A stretch of 57,892 nucleotides of DNA from a virus (lineage: Duplodnaviria > Caudoviricetes). The translations under genes and the position numbers were made by a program. The notes beneath the pieces were generated by a model that ran no database searches, was not told where the DNA came from, and saw only the letters and a program-made list of their open reading frames with translations. Below are positions 26,226 to 37,500 of the stretch, piece by piece; positions within the stretch are counted from its first letter, which is position 1, and the number at the start of each line of letters is the position of its first letter. The stretch spans positions 1 through 57,892 of the IMG/VR virus record IMGVR_UViG_3300048793_000013, one strand, 5' to 3'.

Positions 26226-27062
26226 TTAGGCGGCCCCCTGAATGGCGGCAATGGTATCAGGCCTTACCACCCCATCAACCGTAAGATTGTGTTGTGCCTG
26301 GAATGCCTTGACGGCCTCGCGAGTGGCTGGACCATCGGCACCGTCTACGACAAGCGGCGGCGAAGCTCCTAGCCGGTTCAGTTGAGTTTGCAGCCACGCT
26401 GCATCGAATGTGTCCGTTGTTGTGTCGGCAAGCAAATCCTGTTTCCACAAGACAAGTTGGCGCTTCCGCTCTGTGAGGCCATTGGTGCCGCCGTTGAGCC
26501 GTTTAGTGACCATCAAGACGTTATCGGCCTCAGCAAACGGGAGACACCCGCAGACGATGAAATCCGCCACACCGCATTCTAGGGTGTGCTCAGGGTCGAT
26601 CACAGCGTCGGGGTTATGGAGAAGATCAAGATCGACGCCGTGCGCTTTCAGGAATGCGTCGAGTTTTGCATAGCCGTCCTCACCGGTAACCTGAGAAAGG
26701 CCGCGCCCTCTGTTGTTGTATCCGTCATCGCTTGGAGGCGGCAGATTGCCCATACGCCCCCCATATGCGACATCGAACACGAGGCGTGGATTGTGCGCGG
26801 CACGGGCGGCCATCGTCGGGGTAAAGTGCGTCGGGAACGTATTGAGCAGCCCTTGCGCCGAATAATTCCCGTTCTCGACCATTTCCAATCCCTGGCCGCA
26901 CTCCTCTGAGGCTTGGGCCATGAAATGAGCCTGTACGAGCGGAGAGTTGAGGCCATACTTGGAGAACACGGCCGGCGCGGTAGCAACGATGCCCTCTGAA
27001 AGACCGGGCACATGCTGGTCCGCGTGAGGCCATCTCCGATTCATCATTTCAATGGTAAGCAT
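26226..27062 (-). CDS. GH19 endolysin with C-terminal peptidoglycan-binding domain
   Basis: AHFMAQASEEC, YGGRMGN, RGRGLSQVTG, NGGTNGL; LQTQLN...DGADGPATREAVKAFQ...LTVDGVV. Confidence 0.9.
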   Translation of the reverse strand: MLTIEMMNRRWPHADQHVPGLSEGIVATAPAVFSKYGLNSPLVQAHFMAQASEECGQGLEMVENGNYSAQGLLNTFPTHFTPTMAARAAHNPRLVFDVAYGGRMGNLPPPSDDGYNNRGRGLSQVTGEDGYAKLDAFLKAHGVDLDLLHNPDAVIDPEHTLECGVADFIVCGCLPFAEADNVLMVTKRLNGGTNGLTERKRQLVLWKQDLLADTTTDTFDAAWLQTQLNRLGASPPLVVDGADGPATREAVKAFQAQHNLTVDGVVRPDTIAAIQGAA

Positions 27063-27116
27063 GATCCATACTTTCTTTTGTTAGCCGCCTGCTCTGTCAG
27101 ATATGAGGACGAAGAT

Positions 27117-27329
27117 TCACCGCTCCCAGATGTCGGTAACTAGCCCATCGGCCTGGGACACGCATTCGACCCGAACGCGGCCATCTGTGCGCGCAAGACC
27201 AGCCGCTGCATTGCCAGCCGCAACGCAGTCCTCGCGACTGCTAAACATGAAAGGACCAAATGGATTTCCGAGCGTTATCGGCAGATCGACAAAAAAGATT
27301 GTGAGGGCGAAAGCCGCTTGAGCGAGCAT
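27117..27329 (-). CDS. small secreted protein
   Basis: hydrophobic N-terminus, FSSREDC...VECV. Confidence 0.5.
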   Translation of the reverse strand: MLAQAAFALTIFFVDLPITLGNPFGPFMFSSREDCVAAGNAAAGLARTDGRVRVECVSQADGLVTDIWER

Positions 27330-27331
27330 TT

Positions 27332-27739
27332 TCACACCCCATCGCCTGGAAAGAAGCAGAACGGCAGATCGCCCCCGGTATTGAGAATAAAGATGACGAC
27401 ATGCCCGGTTGGATTTCCCTGACGCAGTTTGTCGATCACATCCGGTGAGATCACAAACCTCTGCCCGTTGCGGTTCTTGCGGCCTTGGATGATGCGTTCG
27501 TCCGTAACAGTAACGATCCATTGGCCGTCAACCGTTTCCGACTTGTCTGCCCAGAAGGCATCGGACTTACCGCAGCACTTGCCGCCGGTCGCGCCGGGCG
27601 CGGCGCCGGGCCACGGGTTGCGTTGCGCTTTCTCATACCAAGCATCAATCTCGGCATCGCCGGATGAAATCCAGTTCTCGGCGAGCGCGGGCGTGGCAAG
27701 CAGAAGGGAAATGGCGATGAGCCCATTTCGTAGGTGCAT
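27332..27739 (-). CDS. secreted Cys-rich protein
   Basis: signal peptide; CCGKSDA, NPTGHVVIF, FCFFPG; AGGAG RBS. Confidence 0.7.
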   Translation of the reverse strand: MHLRNGLIAISLLLATPALAENWISSGDAEIDAWYEKAQRNPWPGAAPGATGGKCCGKSDAFWADKSETVDGQWIVTVTDERIIQGRKNRNGQRFVISPDVIDKLRQGNPTGHVVIFILNTGGDLPFCFFPGDGV

Positions 27740-27885
27740 TCTATGCTCCTTTTGCCGCCGATTTTAGCATACGTCGAATTGCATGAAAAGCCCGCAAATC
27801 ACATTTTCGTTACCCGTAACTATTGGAGAATTTGCCAGAAACCCATGTAAAATGGCCATTCCTGACAATTCTCAAAAACTCAATA

Positions 27886-27894
27886 TGCTATAAT
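27886..27894 (+). promoter_or_regulatory. extended -10 promoter
   Basis: TGCTATAAT upstream of the lone rightward gene. Confidence 0.5.
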
Positions 27895-27956
27895 GCGTTT
27901 GTCGGGCTGGAAAACCCACCCGGCAGGCTGTTTGAAAATGTGAAAGGGGAATACCA

Positions 27957-28499
27957 ATGACTGAACGCTATCAGTCCGTCAACGGGGCGTGGCCGGAAGG
28001 TACACGAGACGGACGCGACCTCAAGCCAACACCACAAGAGGCTATCACTGCGGCCAAGAAGCTCTATCGGTTTGCCATGAAGCAGCCATTCCGTGGCAAG
28101 GTGAATCTGACGAGTGGACGACGCATCACATGGATCAGGAACCATGTGCTCCACGTCAACCCGGACGAACGCGACGGTGGGTGGCATGAGATAGTCCACT
28201 CCATGTCCCACTATTGCGCTCGAAAACTCTATCGCCATGCCGTGGGTTTCAAACCACATGACCACCGGCATGCGTTCTTAGAACGCACGATGATAGAGCA
28301 CGTCGTCAATTCGGGATGGCTTGAAGGAAAGCTACGGCGACCGGAAAATCCGAAACCTGAAAGCGATGTGAAGACCGTTCGCTACCAACGAACGCTTTCC
28401 AAGATTGAGACATGGGAGAAAAAGGCAAAGCGAGCGGAGAATGCATTGAAGAAACTTGTGGCAACGAAACGATACTATGAACGGACGATCTCAGTGTGA
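27957..28499 (+). CDS. hypothetical His-rich, possibly zinc-binding (SprT-like) protein
   Basis: WHEIVHSMSHY...PHDHRH; own promoter and terminator (moron-like). Confidence 0.65.
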   Translation: MTERYQSVNGAWPEGTRDGRDLKPTPQEAITAAKKLYRFAMKQPFRGKVNLTSGRRITWIRNHVLHVNPDERDGGWHEIVHSMSHYCARKLYRHAVGFKPHDHRHAFLERTMIEHVVNSGWLEGKLRRPENPKPESDVKTVRYQRTLSKIETWEKKAKRAENALKKLVATKRYYERTISV

Positions 28500-28503
28500 T
28501 CCA

Positions 28504-28535
28504 AAGGCCGCACTCTCACGGGTGCGGTCTTTTTC
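28504..28535 (+). terminator. intrinsic terminator between convergent genes
   Basis: AAGGCCGCAC / GTGCGGTCTT followed by a T run. Confidence 0.7.
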
Positions 28536-31500
28536 TATGCTCCCAATGTTACTTCGAGGTTGCCCCGCTCATGTGGAATTGGTTTGACATCCGGATTCGA
28601 CGGCGCATTAGGCGCCGCTTTCTTTTCAACGCTCGCCAACGCGCTACGACACCAAGCATTCCACTGGGAAATGTCGTAATCGTGTTCGGTAAGCCATTGT
28701 CGTTCGGCGATATTTCCGTGGTCTTTATGGGCGGTTTTATATATGACAACTCGCTCCTTACCGGACGGCTCACGCCCGTACTTTGTCTTGAAGGCTGCAA
28801 GGGCTTCCTTCATCGCCTTGTACTCTGCCACCTCATGACGAAGCAGCGGTTGAACCGGATCAAGCGGCTTGCCGTTGTTCATAATCCGACGCGGCAGGGA
28901 CTTGTCATAGTAGAAGATATCTCCCGCCTTGGAAAGTTCTGAAATTACGTTCACGTCATATGTGTGGTTGATTACCGGCCAATCATGATCGCTGTCTTTC
29001 AATGGCTTGGTGGTGTCGCCATTGGCCAACCAGTCCTTGAAGTCATCAATGGACATTTCTACCATATGGCCGAGTCGCTTGCCACCCTTCCCGTCAGAGA
29101 ATCCTTTGAGGTAGACGGCTTTGGCTTGGGCAGCAGAGCCGAACGCCAGCATGCATTTGTGCTCATCATACTTGCCGGTCTCAGCGTTCAATTGATCGAT
29201 GACAAACACCTTGCGAGAGGCACGGTGCGGCCCGACGTAGCAATCAACACAATCCTGATCAGCACCGGTAGTCCGCTTGAGGTAGCCATACGCCGCCGGC
29301 ATTGTGACGGACCAACGCTTATCATCAGGGCCGATGCCTGATCGTTCATGCCCCTTGGCATTTTCAATTGCGATATCGAGCCCGTGCACATTGATATGTG
29401 CCTTGCGATAGTTGCCAGCCTCTTTCTGTGCCTCAGTTGGGTTGCTGTCAATGTAGTGTGCCATGACGCGGCCACCTCTGGCGCGTTCCTCGGGGCGGGC
29501 CTCTCTCAATCTGTCCTTTGCACTATCCGATAGATAACGCCATTTGACCTTACCTGGAATATTGCGGCGATCGATCTTGTCGAGATAGTGAAGGCGCCCG
29601 GCCGACGTAAGTTCATTGTCCCACCATGCCTCATCGTCAACTTTAGGTGCCGTGGCCTCTTGTGGCTTAGATTCTGATGTTTGAGCCGAGGGCGATGGCT
29701 TGGCGGCTGGCGCTTGCTCACCCAACGGCTTATACAGCCGTGCCCCACGCATTTCCTTTGGTTCTGTGATTGGCGCCACCGGTTCGGACTGCTTGGCCTT
29801 CACCTCAGCAGAGTGCACGTCGGGATGCTTTGGCGCCTTGATGGCCTTAGTAAACTCATCCAGTTTCTTGAGAGATTCCTGATATTCTTTTTCCTTCGGC
29901 CATGCGGTCGTTAGTGTCTTTTCCAACCGCTCTACACTCTTTCGCTCGTTCGCTAGTTCTTTTTCCAGCCGAGTTGGGTTATCCTTAATGTTACCGAGAA
30001 TGTTTTCAAACCGGCGTATCAACCCGGCCGGGTCTGTATGCTCGTTGATGACAGTTTGGTTTACAGCGGCATATCTGGAATTTCCTACAAGTGACGGCGT
30101 TGCCTCTAACGAAGTACCGTCTCCATCCCAGACATGACGCAATTGAATGTTCATGTCAAAACCTGACATGCGGCCGACATTTACGACCTTCGGGGTATAG
30201 AACTTCTGTCCACCACCAAAAGTCTTCAGCCTATCAAGGATTTCATCCCCGGCTGCCTTGCGCTCGGTTATCGTCTTGCCGTCGAGATCGACTGCAAATT
30301 TCTTGCCGGAGGTATCCGTAACGCGGCCGGCATCTTCTTTCGCCCCAGGTAGTGCAGTTTCGTATTGCTCAATCCGAGACTTGGCGGCATTGCCTTCGCC
30401 AAACGCCCGAGACTTGGTTTGGTCGTACACCCGCTTTTGCGACGTGAGCATGCGCACATTGCGGTCAAGTTCGGCATGTTCCAGGATACGAGGATCACCC
30501 GACGCTGCGGCTTTCATCTGCGCTGCATCAGGCAGCGGGTTGTCGATGTCCTCTGCCCAACGAGAACCCTTGGCACCGGACATAACCTGATTGAGGAACC
30601 CGGCTTTACGCTCTAGCGTCTGCCACATGAAAGCGTCAAATGACTTCTCAGTCACATAGCGGTAGATATCGACGTTCGAGTTTAAGTTGCCTTGGCGGAT
30701 AATGCGGCCGTCACGCTGTTCAACTTCTGCCGGCTTCCATGGTGCGTCAAGATGGTGCATCGCAATCAGACGATCCTGCACGTTCGTGCCGACGCCCATC
30801 TTTTCTGTGGAACCCATCAGAACGCGGATATCGCCGTCGCGCACTTTCTTGAACAGCTTTGCCTTCTTGATGTCGTCAGTAGCGTCGTGGATGAAGGCTA
30901 TTTCATGGGACGGAATGCCCTTGGCTACAAGACGCTGCTTGAGATCATCGTAGACGCTGAAGTCAGACGCGCCTTCCTCATCCCCCCCCTCTTCAGCCGA
31001 CTTTGCCTTACCCTTCCTGGCATTCTTTGGCGTCCCCATGTCGAGGAACACCATTTGAACCGTTCCAGGCTCTTTTCCGTTTTCCCATATCTTGTGGATG
31101 TTGCCGACAGCCTTAGCTACCTTGCCTTGAGGATTGAAGTCGAAATCAGCTAGTGTCCCAGGATTTGGCATATTCGATAAAGCATATTGGTCCGAGACAT
31201 TGTTGCCTATAAGCCTACCGTCAGTTGCCACCTTGCGGGCCGCAGTGCCAACGCTTGCAGCCATGGGTGCGCCCTTCTCAGGACGCACTCCCTTTAATAG
31301 TTCAAGTGACTTGATAACCCCTTGAACAAAGTTCTCCTCCGCAGACGACAGCTTGGCATTTACAATATGCGTCTTGGCTTCCGGCGCTGGCAACTTGAGC
31401 ATGGCCGCTGTCTTGGTATCGGCAATTTCGGAATAGAGAGAAATCAACTCCGGGATGTTGACGAACCTGGAGAACGATGCAACGTCCTTGAATGTGCGGC

Positions 31501-34500
31501 CATCTTGCGACAACTCGGTGTTAGTTGCTACCTTACCGAACGTGTTTGCCCATGCATCGAACGTTTCAAGCCCGCGCTCCTTCAGCTTGTCGTATTGAAG
31601 GTACCGCTGCATGGTCCACATTTCGGCCATGGTATTCGATATCGGCGTGCCGGTCGCAAATACAGCCGATCGGCCCGGACGGTTCTGTTCTAGGTACCGC
31701 GTCTTGAGGAACAAGTCTTCGGCGCGCTGTGATGCATTTTGGGCAAGACCCTTGACGCGATCAAACCGCGTTATGAAGTCGAGATTCTTGTACTTGTGGG
31801 CCTCGTCCACATACATGAAGTCAATGCCAGACTCCTCGAATGTCGTACCTTCGTCCTTGCGTTCCTCGTTCATCAACTTATCGAGTTTTTTTCTGAATGT
31901 CTTCTTTCTCTTTTCCATAGCCTTTACGGTTGGAGAGTTTTTGCCGCCTTCCTGTTCTTCGGCCTTTTGAACGCGCTCTAGTTCGTCCATCTGGTCCCTG
32001 ATGAACTTCTCGCGGAAATCACGTTGCATGTTGATGCGGCCGAATGCATCGTGCGTAAAAATAACGCCGTCCCAGTCGTTCGACGCTACCTTGGCAAGGA
32101 ACTTCTTACGGTTGTCCCTTGTCATCTCATCCTTTTCAGCGACAAGAATTTTGGCGTCCGGATATGCCTGAATAAATTCGCGGGAGAATTGCTCCAGCAT
32201 GTGGTTTGGAACCACATAGGCAGGCTTGTTGATAAGTCCGAGGCGCTTCTGTTCCATGCCGGAAGCGATCATTGATACAGTCTTACCACTACCGACAGCA
32301 TGCGCCATCAGAGTGTTGCCTTTCTGGATAATCCGCCAAACGACATCAAGCCGATGCTTGCGACCAGCAAAGTCAGGATTTAGCCCCGGCAACGTCAAGT
32401 GCGAACCGTCGTGATTTTCACCAACTAGGTCATTGTGGAGGCGGTTATAGATGCCTTCCAACAATTGAGAGCGTTCCGGGTCCTGCCATACCCAACCCTC
32501 GATACCCTTCTCAGGATCGCCCGTGAATGCTTCCTTAAGCAGTTCTGTCTTGACGCGGGCTTCTTCGGTCTTCGTTGTGTTTACCGCCCTGTGGCCGTCC
32601 CTATCCGGCGGATCGCGGACGGTAATAGGGCGCCCATTCATTGCCGATTCGGCAATCTCATCTACCCCAACCTCTTTTGTCCCGTACTTGGCACGGGCGT
32701 CGCCATCGAAGTACGATGCCTTAACCCGCCAATCGCCCGTGACTGGCACCTTGACAACCTTGATGCCACCCCCGCCAATCTCTTTGAGAAAATCCTCATA
32801 GACCGCCTCAGGCACCCACGGAGCCCCGAATTGGGCCGTAATTTCGGGACCAACCAGCGGCGTAGGCTGTACCTTTTCGAGCGCTGCAACATTACGCAAG
32901 TATGATGGATCATTGGCGGCGATCGACCGGGCATCCTCCAGTTTTTTTATGACGTTGCCAGACAGATACCTTGACGCTGTTTCCCATGCACGCCCGTCCG
33001 GATTTTGAAAGACCGTATCACCCAACGCGCTGATTGCAGCCTCGTGACTGTCTACACCAAGCGACTGCGCAATATGGTCTAGGTCAACGCCACCTTTATC
33101 ATTGAGAGATGCAGCGAGAGCATCAGACGGCCCGTTAATCTGCCGTTCCATCGGAGGCCGGATGACATCCTTAGTGAAAATGTCGGCCAGCTTGGTTTTT
33201 CCAGTCTCGGAATCATAGTTCTCAATGGAAGATACTTTCCATGAGTCGGGATCATTCCGAAATGCCTTGAAATTTGGATGACGCACAAGAACAACATTCT
33301 CGCCAGCCTTGTTGAGGCGCGAGGTGACGGTCTTCTCTTCTTTATTGATTGGGCCGTAGAGATCGACGAAATTATCATACTTCTTGCGCAAATCGGCGCG
33401 GAGAGCATCCTTGTCGCCCACGCCATCAATCTGCGCTCGCATCAGATCGTTGTAGGTATCTCTAATTCCGATGAGTTTCTTAACACGGGACGCCTCGATC
33501 GTCCCTATATCATGCTCATGTCCCTGCCCTTCGCGACGCTGATAGAGCTTCCCATCCTTCAAGAAGAACGCGCCATCCTTGATTCCTGCGCCAATTTCGT
33601 TGCTGTGAATCGGCGGTGGTGGCGGCGTATCGCGCACAAGCATCGCCCCTGCCGGCATATCATTTCGCGCTGCCTCAGCAATCTTTTGTTGCATGCCATC
33701 AGGGTCGCCAATCAGAACAGGCTCATTAGCGCGATGTTGTGTGCCCTGTAGACGCATTTCCCCAAGCATCATTTGTGGACGGTCAGAAAAATACTCATTG
33801 ATCTTTGTTGGCCCTTCGGGGGTCTGAATTGTTTTCAAGTCTGTCCATTTTACCCCATTGAAAGGCTGTTCACCCGGAACTTTCTTGCGCAGGAAAATAA
33901 TATCAGTCGTTACCTGTGTGCCTGCGTTCGACGCAAAGGCACCCTTGCTGCCACCGGGAAGACGGATAGCGCCCACAAGATCGGAAGTGTTTGCCAGTAG
34001 ACGACGTACATTGGCGTGCGTAGGTGCGTCCATTGTGTGAGATGACGTGATGAACGACACGATGCCACCAGGGCGCACCTTGTCGAGCGCCTTGATGAAA
34101 AAGAAGTTGTGAATCGAGTGTGAACCGTATGGCTTTTCCTCAACAGGGTAGTTGCCAAACGGCACGTTTGAAATTGCCAAATCGTAGTGGTTTGCCGGTC
34201 GCTTCAAGTCTTCGAAACCGTGAACATTGACCTCGGCGCCACCATAGAGCTTCTTGGCAATGCGGCCGGTGACGGAATCCAACTCAACGGCCGTCCATGC
34301 CGTCTTTGGCGTCCATTTATCGGGAATCAACCCAATAAAGTGCCCTATTCCGGCCGATGGCTCTATGGCCATGCCACCTTCGTATCCGAGATGATCCATG
34401 GCATCCCACATGCCGCGAACAACATCAGGCGACGTGTAGTGAGCATTCGGTGTCGAGGCGCGGGCAGAATCATACTCTTCGTCGGTCAACAGGGCCTTGA

Positions 34501-37500
34501 GTTGGCCACGCTCAGCTTCCCACTGTTTCCGGTAATCCCCCTTGAACATATCTTGAGCGTGAGCACCCCAGCCGGTGTACTTGACCAGCTTTGCCTTTTC
34601 CTCTGGGGTCGCATCGCGATTTTCGTCCTCAATCTGCTTGAGAACCTTGATGGCCTCTATGTTGCCGCGAACTTTCTGCTTTGCTCCGCCCTCGCCAACC
34701 AAATCCTCATCGGTAATGCGATAGTTCGACCGCGAGCGTTCGGCGATCTTCAGTTCTGCGTCTCTTCGTCCTCTGATGACGGCGGGAGGGGCTGGTTTAT
34801 CAGTTCCTCCCTCACCAGTTCGTCCACCTCCATCCGGCGGTTTTGTAACGCTCTCACTTTTTCCAGGTGTGGGAGTTTCTGGACCTCCGGGGTGTTGAGG
34901 TATTGGTGCATGAGGCTCGCCAACCTCTCCTCGGCTTCCTCCCCCACCGAAGAGAGATAGTTGTTCAGGTCGCCGGACTGGCGTAGCTGCGCCAGCATTT
35001 GCGGGTTGGCGTCCTCCAGGAACTTGCGGTGCATTTCCGCGTAATCCTTCGCCGAGTACATCCTTTGGCCCTCCGAATAAGTCTTCCTGGCCGGCAGCGG
35101 TACGCTTCTTGGCCTGCATCAGGGGCGGTTGCTCTTCTCCCGGCCGGGCAGATTCAGCCGCCCTACGCGCCCCCGCTTCGAGGATGGCTTGCTCGTTGCC
35201 GATTGGTAGCGGCTCCGTCCGTAGTGGACGGCCCCTAACGTCGCGAGAGGCTACTTCTCTTCGGAGTTGATCGGCTCCCTGTTTTTCTACCCGTTCCGGG
35301 CCACCGGCCTCATCGACACGCCTCATGACTTCTTTCAACATTCGGCCTTTGAGCGCCTTGTATTCCTCTTTGTTCCCTCTCAGGCTAGCCTTGTCCCCAC
35401 GAAACGCAGACAATTCGTCAGCCGTCAACACCTTTGGATAGAATCTTGCCCATCCGACATAGGAAGGTGTGCGTACCGCAGCTTCTACGTCAAAGGTAAT
35501 GCCGTCACGGGTAAACGGCCCCTCGACCAGGAACCCCTTAGAAGACCCGGACGGGTAATCATCAACAGGGCGTGTCTTGCGCAACTTAAGCCCCGTGACA
35601 GTCTCGACTTTGGGATAATCACGTTCCGGATTCTTGGTCAGAAACCGAATATCCATATCGATCGGTTCGTTGGGCCTAACGCGGGCATAGGTGCGCGATA
35701 CGAGGGAGCCGCCCATGACAACTTTGATGTCAGGGCCGAGCTTGTCTTGCCACTCACCGGCAACCTTGTTGGCGGTTGAAATAAGCTTGCCGGCGTCAGG
35801 TTCTTCCGGCCTGAGTTTTACTGGGACTTTTGGTCCAGCAGCACGGAAGATTTTGCCTTGATCGCCTTCTCCGCCCGCTGCTTCAAGTCCTTCGCGGCCT
35901 TCGCCAACCCCGGATCGCCGTATTTGGTCGCCACCCGCTGGAACGCCCTCGCCATTACCAGGGCCATTGCGGTCGGGAACCTCTTCTCCATAGCCTTCCC
36001 ATCCTTTGTCACGAGCGATTTTCTGGATATCTCGCCGTTCAACCGGTGCCAGCCCTAGATCAAGTCCCGGTTCGGCCGTAACCTTGCGTGCCTCATCGGC
36101 ATAGAACCCAAGTGCATCACTAATCCTCTTGCTGCCAAGTGCCCGACGATTCCCCCGCATGTCAAGCTCAGGAGCATAGAAAGCCCGCATGAAGCCCTCG
36201 ACGGTATCAGGTATCTTATTGAAAGCATCTGACTGTGCCAAGTAGGTGTCGAGTTTTGTCCCCTCCCCACGGATTTTTGCCGTCCGCTTGACCGCTTCCA
36301 TGAGGTCCGGGGTGGCATCCATATCCGGCCGGACACGTCCTGCCTCGACATCAGCCCTCAATCTGGCCCATTTTGGTGCCACGGTTGCCAACGCATTGGA
36401 GATCGAGCGGATTTCATCATCCGTCGATTCAGCAATACGTGCTATCACCCCGACATCGCCGTATGCCTTGGCAAAGACGGCATTGCGCAACCGGGTAGCG
36501 CCTTCAGCCGATAACTGCCCAGATGCGTCCATAAGAGCACCTTGTTCGGCCTGGGGGAGTTCCTGGACGAAGCGGCGAACAAAATCACGGTTTGCCCCAA
36601 TATCATTTGGATTGTGCAGGAGATTGAGCGTCTTATCATCGATCAGCTTGGCATCGCCACGCGCTCGTTCGGTGGCCGACATGGCAAGCGTAGACGCCTG
36701 ATTAGCCCCGGCCGTGAAGGCTTGCCGCTCTTGTGGCGACATCGGCGTAATGCGCTGACGCACCAATACCGGATTGCGATACTGGGAAACGTCAACACCC
36801 TGCCGGGCGAGCCATTCACGGTATTCTTGAACCTTAGCCCCACCTTCGCCATAGACATTGCGAAGCGCTAATACTCGGCCGTTGCCACTCTCGACCATGC
36901 CGTCTGGGCCAACGATAGGCGCTCCGCGATCGGCTTCAGCGGAGTAGCCTAGACGCTCAGGATCGAGATTGGATGCAATATCGCGAACTTGGGCTTGGCT
37001 GGCTGCACGGCTGCGCTGGCGCGGCTGTAGGGCCTTGTCGTATCCGGCGTCTTGGGAGGTCTTGAGGCTGGAAGCCTCGACCACAACCGGCGCTACATCA
37101 ATGGCAGTACCGTCAGCGGTCGATACACGGTGCGGGCGTAGGTTGGAAGGCTCGGCGCCGATCAGCCCTTGGGCGGCGGCGAAGGGGGATGGTTCTTGGC
37201 CTTGACCATTGCCGCCAGCTTCGCTGTCGCCTCCTCGAAGTGCCGGCTGGACATCTCGTCCATTTCGGCTGGCGTCGGCGATTTCCGCACTGATGTGGTC
37301 GGCAAGTTGGCCATTTCCCTCAATTATCCTCGTTGGTCTCTCGGAAGTGTCAGCGTCTAGGAAGTCATTCGCCTCACCTCTCAATGTATAAGCGGTCTGA
37401 CGCGGTTTGTCACCAACTTCCTTGATGTAATTTGGGTCTACAAGCCGTCCGGTATCAAGGAAACGCTTGATGTTGCGGCGGCCGGAAATCTCAGGCGTTG

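Noticed and set aside
29506-29748. additional nested ORF after the helicase domain
   Set aside because: Arg/Ser/Pro-rich, not protein-like, and no convincing start
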